A stretch of DNA of 37,902 nt from an uncultured virus (IMG/VR IMGVR_UViG_3300031613_000001) (taxonomy: Duplodnaviria; Heunggongvirae; Uroviricota; Caudoviricetes; Crassvirales). The notes beneath the pieces were generated by a model that did no database searches, was not told where the DNA came from, and was given only the letters and a program-made list of their open reading frames with translations. The DNA lies in IMG/VR virus record IMGVR_UViG_3300031613_000001; one strand, written 5' to 3'. Shown here piece after piece: positions 27,801 through 36,310 of the stretch (position 1 is the stretch's first letter; every line of letters starts with the position of its first letter). The position numbers were made by a program, and so were the translations under genes.

Positions 27801-28865
27801 TGTATTAAATAAAAACAATTGATTGTCTTTACTTTCTATATGTTTAGGTACAATAGGGTCTGATCCAAGAAAAGCAAGTTTTTCAATAGAAAGATTTGAT
27901 ATTACATTACCATCATCATATATAGTAATACTATTATTTTCAGGTATAGCTCTGTCTGATATTATAGATACAGAAGGTATTTCATTAAGTGAAGTATATT
28001 TAATAGCATACACTCTAATGTTTGTATAAGAAGAATCTAAATTATTTATTTGAATAATAGGTATAGTTCCTACTGTTTCATTTACATTACCACCGTTAGC
28101 GTAAATACTTTTTGAAAGAGGTACTAAATTTGTAAATGGACTTAATGTTGTTTGACTAAGGTTTGTTTTATATAAATTATAAGCATATTGTATCATACCG
28201 GCAGTATGTATACCACCTTGAGATAAATCAGTAACAATAGGTTGTGATATTTGTATATCACTTACTGCTCCTATTAAATTAGAATCTAGATCTATTAAAT
28301 TTTCTTTATCTCCATTTTCAACTGAATGTCTTAAGTTTAAAAACTTAAGTTGATTGTTACCATCTACCCAATATATTTTTTCATTAATTTCATTTTCATA
28401 GTTATATATTAATTGAATGGGATTATTTATTGATAAATTTAAATTCCTAATATAAAGAAGTTTTATTTCATATTGTGAATTATAAATATCTTTAATTTCC
28501 CACACACAATCTAAACTACTAGAATTAGTTATTAATATTATACTATTTTTAGTACTACAATGACCAATTATTTTATGATCATTAGTTACAGTTAAATTAT
28601 TTATTTCACTGTTAGTATAATTTATAGTATTTAATCCTATATTATTAGTATAAAATATTTTTTTATTAATAGTATCTATTTGTATATTTGTAGGTATATT
28701 TAATATAAACTGAGTACCTTTTTCGTTAGTAACAGATCCTGATGTTTGAGAATCTTCAGCTACTATTCTAATATGTTGGGCTTCAAAATAATAAGAAGGT
28801 TGATGTTTTGATTTACTTATATCTTGATTTATACCACCATATGTATATTTTGCTGCTTTTATCAT
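24888..28865 (-). CDS. Tail muzzle/nozzle protein (P22 gp10-like stabilization protein of crAss-like phages)
   Basis: 1325 aa and beta-rich. N-terminus GGINQDISKS...YFEAQHIRI; also IYWVDGNNQLKFLN, IQYAYNLY, GDTFVQ, LDGKYGSIN and YYYDALNK. It lies directly after a ring protein gene. Confidence 0.8.
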   Translation of the reverse strand: MIKAAKYTYGGINQDISKSKHQPSYYFEAQHIRIVAEDSQTSGSVTNEKGTQFILNIPTNIQIDTINKKIFYTNNIGLNTINYTNSEINNLTVTNDHKIIGHCSTKNSIILITNSSSLDCVWEIKDIYNSQYEIKLLYIRNLNLSINNPIQLIYNYENEINEKIYWVDGNNQLKFLNLRHSVENGDKENLIDLDSNLIGAVSDIQISQPIVTDLSQGGIHTAGMIQYAYNLYKTNLSQTTLSPFTNLVPLSKSIYANGGNVNETVGTIPIIQINNLDSSYTNIRVYAIKYTSLNEIPSVSIISDRAIPENNSITIYDDGNVISNLSIEKLAFLGSDPIVPKHIESKDNQLFLFNTKEQSYSIKNLDTRAYSFNSLGASVLATSQNPIINGRPSGAFTQVPTNYSIEEVHDCINPNYDIYKYQRDGVKLGGEGKYLKYELTTTTINNGIDQFLKAGEIYRTSIEFYNNKGQKTLPEWIADFIAPDNNLNDKYNTLLVTLKPEFYTFINTLEEDQKPTGYKILRADRTITDRTILCQGIINPMIGNKISANKKTYGEVINTDYQYDQQVVKYPSLIRTFEDLYPMLRNANNAPLANKSLATGFSELAGNFLSEGFKAASEDDWRGQLFQFNNMMQMFTPDVIFGSVNPDKSHKLKIKGIVGESSTQSIVTEIGYIDQIINHQGRINNGISPFDPNAIVIDIIGNGNVPMLDGIFAPPVKDNTANLFQFYREFKGTYQKGINKEYDIYGTPEIQELGQGINSYNNDSDFRYSNNYSTILQDQGKDSQNRDNPTGRGFNSNSISSITFVEGDYNPSISNKNRDRKTIEQLYTESGFTNTNGVIISELVKPVSYIYEGNIYGGNNYESKRRTKYISIGNYRNINVNINVIDSPGDTFVQDFTFTKASKTNITISSSGINQLTEIVSFKVETIIDLKNRNDNSQLEWNLTFQPTYESFQKYNKVYSQKDNLFKRRNVDANFKEVNNFGTSILASKKKIAGEIIDSWTDVLINETLDLDGKYGSINGTINFKDQIYTFQDKAIAAISINPRVQTQGSDGISLELGTGKVLQDYQYITTDSGSINKWGIIAGGKGFYYYDALNKSLFRAPDLINTSLSDVKGLRTWFDKNYDYQAFKIDNPLIKQGVLLGYDKYNKDVYLTFHGKNSKTRTFNEKRDEFVDTKLYYPSIYIETSHKFIGSENNTALYLHNEGVYNNYYGRVADSHITLMINPEPDVDCIFNNIIYKSEVYIDEVDVSDNTLSWIRAYNEYQDSGVTNLVTRVNLDRTFRDWKAFVPRDGRDRIRNPWMFLELGFNNTENQKLVLHDLNVLYTI

Positions 28866-28884
28866 TTTAATTAATTGTTTTAGT

Positions 28885-29625
28885 TTAATTTAAACGTGTA
28901 TTATTGTCAAACCTTTTTCTTATTTTTTCTTGTTGATGTAATCCTTTAAATCCTTGACTATTCATTCCTTGATCATGTATCATCCTATTAATACCTTTCA
29001 TCGCAGTATCCCAATGATCCATACCAGCTAATTTAAGACTGTTTGTAGCTTGTCCAATAGCCCAAGCATATTCTTGTTCTACTTTACTGTAAAAAAGATC
29101 AGAAATTTTACCTATAGCCATTAAACCAAATAAATGTTCTTTTAATATATAGTAATATAATGCATCTTCAAATGATTGATCATCTGGAATTTTAGGATAC
29201 CCATCATCATCTAATAATATTCCATAATAAGAAATTTCAAGATAACCATTTTGTTGATTAATATCTATATAATTATTATTCATTGTATACAAAACATCAG
29301 AACTTATGTCTTGATTATATTCTTCACAATGATACCCGCTAGAAAATATATCACCATTATATCTTACTGGAAGATATGAAGTATCATCTACTTTTTGTTT
29401 ATATCTCATACCTCTCATAGTAAGAAGATCTTCCGGTATTTTAGCTTTGTAATTATTTATTTTAATAGTTTCGGTAGTTTGATTTAGTATGAAACCCATT
29501 TTAATTCTTCTGATAAGCTCATAAGCATAATCAGCTGCTTGTTCTTCTGATATATCAGACATGAAAGAATGCTTCATTACTCTCCACAAAACAGATTGAA
29601 ATGATTTATTTTTACCGTTGTACAT
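28885..29625 (-). CDS. Tail ring (tubular/adaptor) protein
   Basis: 246 aa. ISYYGILLDDDGYPKIPDDQSFEDALYYYI motif of crAss-like ring proteins, and synteny with the IHF-like and muzzle genes. Confidence 0.75.
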   Translation of the reverse strand: MYNGKNKSFQSVLWRVMKHSFMSDISEEQAADYAYELIRRIKMGFILNQTTETIKINNYKAKIPEDLLTMRGMRYKQKVDDTSYLPVRYNGDIFSSGYHCEEYNQDISSDVLYTMNNNYIDINQQNGYLEISYYGILLDDDGYPKIPDDQSFEDALYYYILKEHLFGLMAIGKISDLFYSKVEQEYAWAIGQATNSLKLAGMDHWDTAMKGINRMIHDQGMNSQGFKGLHQQEKIRKRFDNNTRLN

Positions 29626-29628
29626 TGT

Positions 29629-30129
29629 TTATTGTTTTATATAAGCATCATATTTACTCATAGAGTAATCATTGATTCTTTTAGTTATACTTCTTGAGAA
29701 ATCTCTTACTGGTTTAAAAAAATAAACAGTTTTGTTTTTATATTTACCAACATTTTTATTATAAAATATTCTAAATACAAAGCCACCAGTATGTTTATTA
29801 TTATGTCTTATTAATACTTTTTTTTCTTTAGCTTCTTTATTATTATTCCATAAATCTTTAGTAGCTTTCCAATCAATAGGTTTATTGTTTATAACACAAC
29901 CTTCTTTATTGATATACACTTCTCTTTTCTTTTTTATAATTTCTATTTGACCAAATCTTTTAGGTAATTTAAATGAACCTTTTTCTATGATTTCATTAAC
30001 CATTTCTTTATTAAAAAGACTATATATTTTTTTAAATTCTTTTTTATCCATATTAGAATTAGGATATTTAGATATAAAATATTTATAATAATCATTTATA
30101 CCATAATGTGATACTATTTTATTGATCAT
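29629..30129 (-). CDS. IHF/HU-like DNA-binding protein of crAss-like phages
   Basis: 166 aa and basic. FKLPKRFGQIEIIKKKR is an HU/IHF-type beta-arm entry; also PIDWKATKDLW and YFFKPVR. It occupies the conserved position between ring genes. Confidence 0.75.
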   Translation of the reverse strand: MINKIVSHYGINDYYKYFISKYPNSNMDKKEFKKIYSLFNKEMVNEIIEKGSFKLPKRFGQIEIIKKKREVYINKEGCVINNKPIDWKATKDLWNNNKEAKEKKVLIRHNNKHTGGFVFRIFYNKNVGKYKNKTVYFFKPVRDFSRSITKRINDYSMSKYDAYIKQ

Positions 30130-30799
30130 CTGAATCGTTATTTTTATCTTGTAATCTAGGGTCTTTTCTTGATGTTAATTCATTTATTATTTCGAGTCTA
30201 ATTATATCTATTAAATCAGGACTTAATGGATAATTAGTTGTCATTTCGTCATAACATGATAATGAGTCTTCACACCCACAACAGTTTTTATAATTTTTTA
30301 AATCTAAAGGATTTTCAAAAACACCTGTTATACTAATACAATTTGTAAATATAGGTTCTGATGATAATAAATATATATGACCATCATCATGTAAATAACA
30401 TTTTATTTTACTTGAAAAATTACTATCTAAATAATAAGCAGCTTTTTCTCTAGGTATAGTATTAAACTTTTTACTTAACTGATCAGAAGGTGATATTCTT
30501 TCTATTGCATCTTTATCACTTAATTGTAAAAAATCTGGAACAACTTTTTTAGTAGAAAGTATTTTATCACAAGTTTCTATACCACAAATATTTGAATCTA
30601 CTTCATGTAATTCTAAACAAAGTGTTTGTAATACTCTATTATCAAACTTACGACCAAGTCTATCAAGTCTTTGTTTAAGATACTTAGCTCTTTTAATGTT
30701 GTATAAATATAATATATACTCATTTGAAAATTCTGAATCATCTGAGTATTCTTTAATGCCTTCTCGTACATCGTAAATAATTTCTTCTATTAGTGCCAT
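30119..30799 (-). CDS. Tail ring/structural protein
   Basis: 226 aa. YLYNIKRAKYLKQ...QTLCLEL...ITGVFENP...YPLS pattern of crAss-like ring proteins; Cys-rich loop. Confidence 0.7.
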   Translation of the reverse strand: MALIEEIIYDVREGIKEYSDDSEFSNEYILYLYNIKRAKYLKQRLDRLGRKFDNRVLQTLCLELHEVDSNICGIETCDKILSTKKVVPDFLQLSDKDAIERISPSDQLSKKFNTIPREKAAYYLDSNFSSKIKCYLHDDGHIYLLSSEPIFTNCISITGVFENPLDLKNYKNCCGCEDSLSCYDEMTTNYPLSPDLIDIIRLEIINELTSRKDPRLQDKNNDSDDQ

Positions 30800-30811
30800 A
30801 GCTTTTTTTTA

Positions 30812-30846
30812 AATAAAAAACTCCCCTCTGTACTAGAGAGGAGTTT
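30812..30846 (-). terminator. Intrinsic terminator downstream of the exonuclease gene
   Basis: Minus strand AAACTCCTCTCT-AGTAC-AGAGGGGAGTTT forms a 12-bp stem with one G-U pair and runs into TTTTTTATTT. It starts ~20 nt after the stop at 30868. Confidence 0.8.
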
Positions 30847-30867
30847 CAACTCAACTTAAATATATAT

Positions 30868-31803
30868 TTATCTGTTTAAATATTTTCTGTAGTTGCTATC
30901 ATTCATTTCAAACATTCTATCAGTATCTAAATCTTTCATTATGTGTTTTATTGTACCTGCTGTAGTTACAGTTTCTTTAATCTTTTTAAGATTATAACCA
31001 CCATTAATAGGCGAACTAAATCTTTCTTTTCCTTCTAATACTCCTGCATGAAACTTAGGTTTTTCCCAACCTACTAATTTTTCATACACTTTTTCAAGTT
31101 GTCTAACATCTTCTTCACAGTATTCAACCATTTGATTTAATGCTTTTTGGTCTTTTTTAAATACTATATCAGTCCATAAACTAATAGTAGTTTTAATTTT
31201 ACCTTCAAATCCAAGGTATTTAGCTATGTAATCTAACCTATTACTATTAAAATTAAATTTCTTTTTAGCTAATTTAAGTGTGTCTAATGACTTATAATCA
31301 ATAAGCATATTAGTTATACCATGTTTAAGAGATCGTGTTTTAATCCATTTTAAATCAAACCTATCACCGTTATGAGCAACTAATAAATCAGCTTCATTCA
31401 TAACTTCAATAAACTGTTCAATTAAAAACTTATCACATTGTTCTTTATCCCATACTAAAGTATAAACTTCATTTTCACCTAACCACTTATAACTTACGCA
31501 AATAATTGCTCTTTCTTTAATTATATTTTCTGGTGATATATTTAATTTATATCCAGCTCTCCAAAACCATCCAATGTTAGGACTAGTTTCTATATCATAA
31601 ATTAAAACTTTACCACCTTGTTTTTGTGGTTTATAAGATGCTTCTTTTAATTCTATTTTAACTTCACTCAAGGCTTGATAACAAGTTGCTATATTTACAT
31701 CTTTAATATAACCAGTAAATAATCTTTCTGCTAGTACTACTCCTGATTTTTTAAGATATCCAGGTTTATCTTTTAAAAATTGTTTAATTTCTTGTAAATT
31801 CAT
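30868..31803 (-). CDS. DEDD-superfamily 3'-5' exonuclease (RNase H-like, PolB-exo/YprB type)
   Basis: 311 aa. ExoI VLIYDIETSPN, ExoII VAHNGDRFDLKWI, RLDYIAKYLG, and ExoIII YCEEDV. Confidence 0.88.
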   Translation of the reverse strand: MNLQEIKQFLKDKPGYLKKSGVVLAERLFTGYIKDVNIATCYQALSEVKIELKEASYKPQKQGGKVLIYDIETSPNIGWFWRAGYKLNISPENIIKERAIICVSYKWLGENEVYTLVWDKEQCDKFLIEQFIEVMNEADLLVAHNGDRFDLKWIKTRSLKHGITNMLIDYKSLDTLKLAKKKFNFNSNRLDYIAKYLGFEGKIKTTISLWTDIVFKKDQKALNQMVEYCEEDVRQLEKVYEKLVGWEKPKFHAGVLEGKERFSSPINGGYNLKKIKETVTTAGTIKHIMKDLDTDRMFEMNDSNYRKYLNR

Positions 31804-31824
31804 ATTTTTTATTTAAGTTCACTA

Positions 31825-31832
31825 CAAAGGTA
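31825..31832 (-). promoter_or_regulatory. Bacteroidota -7 promoter element (TACCTTTG) for the exonuclease gene
   Basis: Exact TAnnTTTG match in an 84-nt intergenic gap, 21 nt before the ATG at 31803. Upstream TTG triplets at 31847-49 and 31857-59 are at imperfect spacing. Confidence 0.65.
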
Positions 31833-31887
31833 CAAACAATATTTAACAATTCCTAACAATAATTAAATTATTTTATATTTTTTTTAC

Positions 31888-32517
31888 TTAGAACTTGTAG
31901 TAAATACCTAAATTAGCATATGTGTCAGTATCTATACCTATTGAATATATAAAATTTCTAGTATCTAATCCTGCTTTTACACCCACTCTTAAATTATTTC
32001 TTATGACTGTTTGATTTATTTGATCATATTTCTGTAAAGGCATTGCTAATTCAGTACCTAGAAAAAGTTTTGATTTAAAAGGTACATTAATTTCTACTGG
32101 TACTTCTATATCTATCGGTATAGATCTAGGTTTAGTTTTATAAGTAGCTTGTAACTTATCTAAAGTTCCGGTAGTTTCAGCATTAACAATTATAATTTGT
32201 ATGCTATCATCAAATACCTCACTGTATTTTCTTTTAACAGCAAAATCTTTATATATTTTTAAAGAATCAATTATTGTTTTAGAATTAACAAGTTGTCTTT
32301 CTAAATCTTCATTTAAAGGATTGTTTATCTCAACTATGTATGGTACAGGTTTTATAATAGTATCATATACAAATTCTTTTACAGGAACTGGTACATCTAT
32401 TTTAACAGGTACTTTAACTATTATTTTTTCAGTATTTACACTAAAATATAATATACCAAATACTATAGCTAATATACTTATTACTACAAGTGCTATATTT
32501 TTTATTTTATTAATCAT
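31888..32517 (-). CDS. Membrane-anchored lysis accessory protein (spanin-like candidate)
   Basis: 209 aa. N-terminal TM helix (IALVVISILAIVFGILYF), Pro/Val-rich linker, and C-terminal amphipathic strands ending NLGIYYKF. It overlaps the endolysin stop codon. Confidence 0.55.
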   Translation of the reverse strand: MINKIKNIALVVISILAIVFGILYFSVNTEKIIVKVPVKIDVPVPVKEFVYDTIIKPVPYIVEINNPLNEDLERQLVNSKTIIDSLKIYKDFAVKRKYSEVFDDSIQIIIVNAETTGTLDKLQATYKTKPRSIPIDIEVPVEINVPFKSKLFLGTELAMPLQKYDQINQTVIRNNLRVGVKAGLDTRNFIYSIGIDTDTYANLGIYYKF

Positions 32518-33106
32518 TACGTAATTGTTTTATTGTGTTAACTAATGAAACTACTAATTTTTCTAAATAAATTTCATCCCATAAATTATTATAATCACTT
32601 TTTTGGTCCATAAAACCACATTCAAGTAAAAATGCTGGTCCTTTTGTATTCTTAAGTATATAGAAATTAGATTCCTTATCCCTATCACCATCACTATAAT
32701 CAAATCTCATTTTTTGACAATTCATATCTACTTCAAGGTTTTTTAAGAACAAGTCTGCTATGTTATCCGATGCTGTTTTACCAATACTTGTAAAACCTTC
32801 TATACCTTGTCCTCCACCTGCGTTAGCATGTATAGACAGTAAGTATGTATTTCTATCTTTATTGTAAATAGCATTTGTTCTAGAAACTCTTGTTTGTAAA
32901 GAAACATCGTTATATTCTGATGAAACAGTATAATAAGGTATATTTTGTCTATCTAGTTTTTCTATAATTCTATTTACAACCCATCTGTTAAACATACCTT
33001 CATAAAGAACTCCTCTACTCCATTGTGGGCTACGTTTACCAGGTGTTTGATAAATACCACCTATCATACCACCGTGTCCATTATCTAATATAACTGTCTT
33101 TTTCAT
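32510..33106 (-). CDS. Endolysin, N-acetylmuramoyl-L-alanine amidase (Amidase_3)
   Basis: 198 aa with VILDNGHGG, YEGMFN, LSIHANAG and PAFLLECGFMD, the Zn-ligand and catalytic motifs of Amidase_3. Confidence 0.93.
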   Translation of the reverse strand: MKKTVILDNGHGGMIGGIYQTPGKRSPQWSRGVLYEGMFNRWVVNRIIEKLDRQNIPYYTVSSEYNDVSLQTRVSRTNAIYNKDRNTYLLSIHANAGGGQGIEGFTSIGKTASDNIADLFLKNLEVDMNCQKMRFDYSDGDRDKESNFYILKNTKGPAFLLECGFMDQKSDYNNLWDEIYLEKLVVSLVNTIKQLRND

Positions 33107-33108
33107 AA

Positions 33109-33516
33109 TTAATTATTTTTTTCGTATTCTTCTAATATACCTTTTAAGTTTATTATTTCGTTAGCAAATTTTTTAGATTTATTATCAAATTCATAATTTA
33201 ATTCTTGAAGTTCTTTTACAGTTTTTTCAAGATCTTTTATTATGGTTTGAAGTTCTAATATAATCATTTCTAATTCTTCTTTTTCTTTATCTGATTTAAA
33301 TATTCTTTCTTCATATCTTTTTTCAATATCATCAAGCATTCTTTGATAAAGTTCTAAATTTTTAGAAACTATTTCAGATTGATTAGACTCTGTATTAACA
33401 TCTCTATCTTTTAAATCTTTTTTTTGAAAATGTCTTTTTGTAAATAACCACGTAATTAATGGTATTAAAATTAGTGATAATAAGGTTGAAATATTATTTT
33501 CTATCCACTCAATCAT
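33109..33516 (-). CDS. Holin-like protein (single TM plus coiled coil)
   Basis: 135 aa. TM segment ISTLLSLILIPLITWLF, then basic residues and a long coiled coil. It lies immediately upstream of the endolysin. Confidence 0.55.
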   Translation of the reverse strand: MIEWIENNISTLLSLILIPLITWLFTKRHFQKKDLKDRDVNTESNQSEIVSKNLELYQRMLDDIEKRYEERIFKSDKEKEELEMIILELQTIIKDLEKTVKELQELNYEFDNKSKKFANEIINLKGILEEYEKNN

Positions 33517-33877
33517 TTTTTCTTGTTGCTTTTTTAAATTCTACATAAAATTGACTTTCTTCTTCTGCATAAATTCTATGAGTAACCTCTGCTGGTATAT
33601 CTATCATAGAACCTCTTCCTATAATAGTATTGGTTAAAATACCTCTTAATCTTCCTTTAAAAACTATTAAAGATTCTTCACAATCATGATAATGATCTTC
33701 CCAAACAGTACCTTCTGACATATATACTCTAAATGTCATTCCACTACTTGTATTAGATAACCTAGTACACAATATACTTTTATCTTTTTTTGGAGAAAAA
33801 TCTATTTCTAAATTTAAAGGTAAATTTTCTAAGTCTTGATATGTTATTAACTTATTTATTTGTTGTTTATAGTTCAT
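33509..33877 (-). CDS. Cupin-fold protein
   Basis: 122 aa. Cupin motif 1 HYHDCEESLIVFKGRL and motif 2 GSMIDIPAEVTH. Confidence 0.8.
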   Translation of the reverse strand: MNYKQQINKLITYQDLENLPLNLEIDFSPKKDKSILCTRLSNTSSGMTFRVYMSEGTVWEDHYHDCEESLIVFKGRLRGILTNTIIGRGSMIDIPAEVTHRIYAEEESQFYVEFKKATRKND

Positions 33878-33924
33878 TATTGTCTAATTCATGTAATATT
33901 ATATTAATATGTTTAACATTTATT

Positions 33925-34326
33925 TTAAAGTCCTGATAATACTTCAGTTACTAAATCTCCAGTAATGTAAAAATTATTATTACCTATAAATGTAATAAAC
34001 ATTGTACCATTAGGTTTTACTTCAATATTACTACCTAAATCAACTCCAATTACATTACCACCATCACCAAATCCTGGAACAATAACATTTAATGTATCAT
34101 TATTATTAGTATTAATAACAATGATTTTAATACCTGGTGTGACTAAGTCGTTTTTTTCAATATTTATACTTGTTATTGGTTGACCAGCTAATGCACCTGC
34201 TGATGATGAATATACTCCCGGTATTAATATTTTAGTATCATCACTTTCTATTAATCTATTAGTAGTTTCATTAAAAATTCTAATTTGAGAATTTGTTGGT
34301 AAAAATCTTTTTTTAAAATGATTCAT
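33925..34326 (-). CDS. Hypothetical beta-rich protein, probably tail-associated
   Basis: 133-aa ORF on the coding strand, downstream of the tail-fibre gene, with a beta-strand pattern ending FYITGDL. Confidence 0.5.
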   Translation of the reverse strand: MNHFKKRFLPTNSQIRIFNETTNRLIESDDTKILIPGVYSSSAGALAGQPITSINIEKNDLVTPGIKIIVINTNNNDTLNVIVPGFGDGGNVIGVDLGSNIEVKPNGTMFITFIGNNNFYITGDLVTEVLSGL

Positions 34327-34338
34327 TTTTTATTTATT

Positions 34339-35844
34339 TTAATTATATAATTTTATATTTATGTAACCACCATTACCCCCTAGTAACTGATCATCTGCTA
34401 ATACACCCGCTTCAGTATATGTTTTAAAATCCCATCTTCTAAAACCATACCCGTTTGTTCCTTGTGATATGCTTTCAATTTTAATATTACCATCATTAAA
34501 AAATAATGCTGTTTTATTAGGATCAGTAGGAACAGTAGCTGTAGTATATCTAAGTTCAGCTCTATATGATCCAACATCTAATCTAGTAAAAACTACTTCT
34601 CTATATTCTGTTGGATTAAATTGTGAATTATTTATTAATAGTGTATCAGTTGCTGGAAATTGTGGAGATGGATTACTAGTTCCTGTTTGATATAATTGAA
34701 CAGTATATTCTAAAATTGGTGCTGGCGGTGGTATAAATTCTTTAATTGATATCCATTCACTACCATCATAATATTTTAATATATTATCATCATTGGAGTC
34801 CACTATTATACAACCTGCAGTTTCATTAGTTACATTTGTTAAATTAGCCGGATATAATTTCATTATTCCATTTTTATATATAGTAAATGCATCAGCAGGA
34901 GCAAGATTTGAACCATTACCATAATTAACTAATCTATCTGTAATAGTATTAGTAGGTGTATAATCTGTACCAAAAGCACCACCTGAATGTTCTCCTTCAG
35001 ATCTAGCAAATGTTCTAACACCTTCGGAATGACTTCCTGAACCACTAGATATTGTAAATGAACCACTTGAACTTGATGCCACGCCACTTGATTTACTACC
35101 ATAATTTGTTGATAAACTCCATGCACCAGTTGCACCATAATTACCACCACTAAATGGTGATTCTGATAAATCAACTGAACTATATCCTATTGATCCAGTA
35201 AAATTTCTTGAATTACTTTTTATTACATAACCATAACCATTACCTTCATCTATTTTTTCAAGCTGACCTCCATTAGATCCAATAGCTGCTATTGCGTCAT
35301 CTACATATTTTTTCTGTGTAAAATCAAAATTTGTAATATTAGGTGTATAATCATAAGATGAGGTTAATCCTCTAGAATTAGTATTAGGTAAAGTATTACC
35401 AGCTGTAAAAACATCAACATTAATACTATCCCCAGAAACTGTAAACGATGAAATACTACTAAGTACATTTGAAATATAATTATTTGATTCCATATGTATA
35501 CTAGAAAAATCTACATTAATAAATGATAAATCATTATTTAATATATCTTCACCAGATATTATTATAGATTTAGAATCATAAGAATTAGTATCATTAAAAG
35601 TAATACTGGAAATTACATTTGATATATTATTAAATAAAGAATATTCTCTATTTTCAAAATCACCATTTGTTAATTCAATAGGTCCAGTTATACTATTATC
35701 TGTTTCAGTACCTGTTAATGGTACATAATTATCAAATAAACCATAAAGTTCTATAAAATTCTGATTAGTAAAATCAAAAGAACTTCTTATAGGTAGTCCA
35801 TCTCTTTGACCTGCAGTTCCTATATTTATATTTTGTCTAGCCAT
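34339..35844 (-). CDS. Tail fibre/spike-like adhesin
   Basis: 501 aa. N-terminus MARQNINIGTAG...IRSSFDFTNQNFIELY resembles the T4 gp9/gp10-type N-terminal trimerisation motif. Also YVPLTG, KKYVDDAI, Ser/Gly beta-roll-like repeats (SSGSGSHSEG) and LKYYDGSEW. Confidence 0.7.
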   Translation of the reverse strand: MARQNINIGTAGQRDGLPIRSSFDFTNQNFIELYGLFDNYVPLTGTETDNSITGPIELTNGDFENREYSLFNNISNVISSITFNDTNSYDSKSIIISGEDILNNDLSFINVDFSSIHMESNNYISNVLSSISSFTVSGDSINVDVFTAGNTLPNTNSRGLTSSYDYTPNITNFDFTQKKYVDDAIAAIGSNGGQLEKIDEGNGYGYVIKSNSRNFTGSIGYSSVDLSESPFSGGNYGATGAWSLSTNYGSKSSGVASSSSGSFTISSGSGSHSEGVRTFARSEGEHSGGAFGTDYTPTNTITDRLVNYGNGSNLAPADAFTIYKNGIMKLYPANLTNVTNETAGCIIVDSNDDNILKYYDGSEWISIKEFIPPPAPILEYTVQLYQTGTSNPSPQFPATDTLLINNSQFNPTEYREVVFTRLDVGSYRAELRYTTATVPTDPNKTALFFNDGNIKIESISQGTNGYGFRRWDFKTYTEAGVLADDQLLGGNGGYINIKLYN

Positions 35845-35846
35845 TA

Positions 35847-35990
35847 TTATTGTATATTATCATTATATTCTTGTTCAGTTATTTCTAATAAACTTATTGG
35901 TAAATCTATATTATCAGCTGTAAGCTGTATATCACTAGCTAATAAGGGTATTATTATTTCTTTTTTATTTGTTATTGTAAATATTGCCAT
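35847..35990 (-). CDS. Small unannotated protein (47 aa)
   Basis: Manual translation gives MAIFTITNKKEIIIPLLASDIQLTADNIDLPISLLEITEQEYNDNIQ*. It fills the gap between 36004 and 35844, ends TAATAATG into the next gene, and shares MAIFxITN with the upstream gene. Confidence 0.7.
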   Translation of the reverse strand: MAIFTITNKKEIIIPLLASDIQLTADNIDLPISLLEITEQEYNDNIQ

Positions 35991-36003
35991 TTTATTATTT
36001 TAT

Positions 36004-36303
36004 TTATTTTCCACAAAAATATTCTATAGATTCACCTTCTGAGTTTGTTTTTATTCCATTAGTAACAAGAGAATTTGCTGGAAAAGTAGTCATTCTATTA
36101 TCAATATTAACTACTAATTCTGGTCCTGTTGCATTTAAATAAATAATATCTCCAAATTCAGGAAGACTATTATTACCATTATGATAATAAGTTTCTGTAT
36201 AATTTGCTTCATCAAAAATATTACATGCTTCTAATAAAAGATCTACTAAAAATGCTGTTCTAGGTACAAAACCTGAATCATTTGTTATATTAAATATTGC
36301 CAT
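36004..36303 (-). CDS. Small putative structural/tail protein
   Basis: 99 aa. AC...YYHNG...P.FGDIIY...C pattern with two Cys, tightly packed in the tail block. Confidence 0.55.
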   Translation of the reverse strand: MAIFNITNDSGFVPRTAFLVDLLLEACNIFDEANYTETYYHNGNNSLPEFGDIIYLNATGPELVVNIDNRMTTFPANSLVTNGIKTNSEGESIEYFCGK

Positions 36304-36310
36304 TATATTA

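Noticed and set aside
22000..35174. Short alternative-frame minus-strand ORFs (22000-22254, 24511-24696, 34929-35174)
   Set aside because: They are nested in Gly-rich coding segments, and their Val/Leu-rich translations are frame-shift artefacts of GGT/GCT codons.
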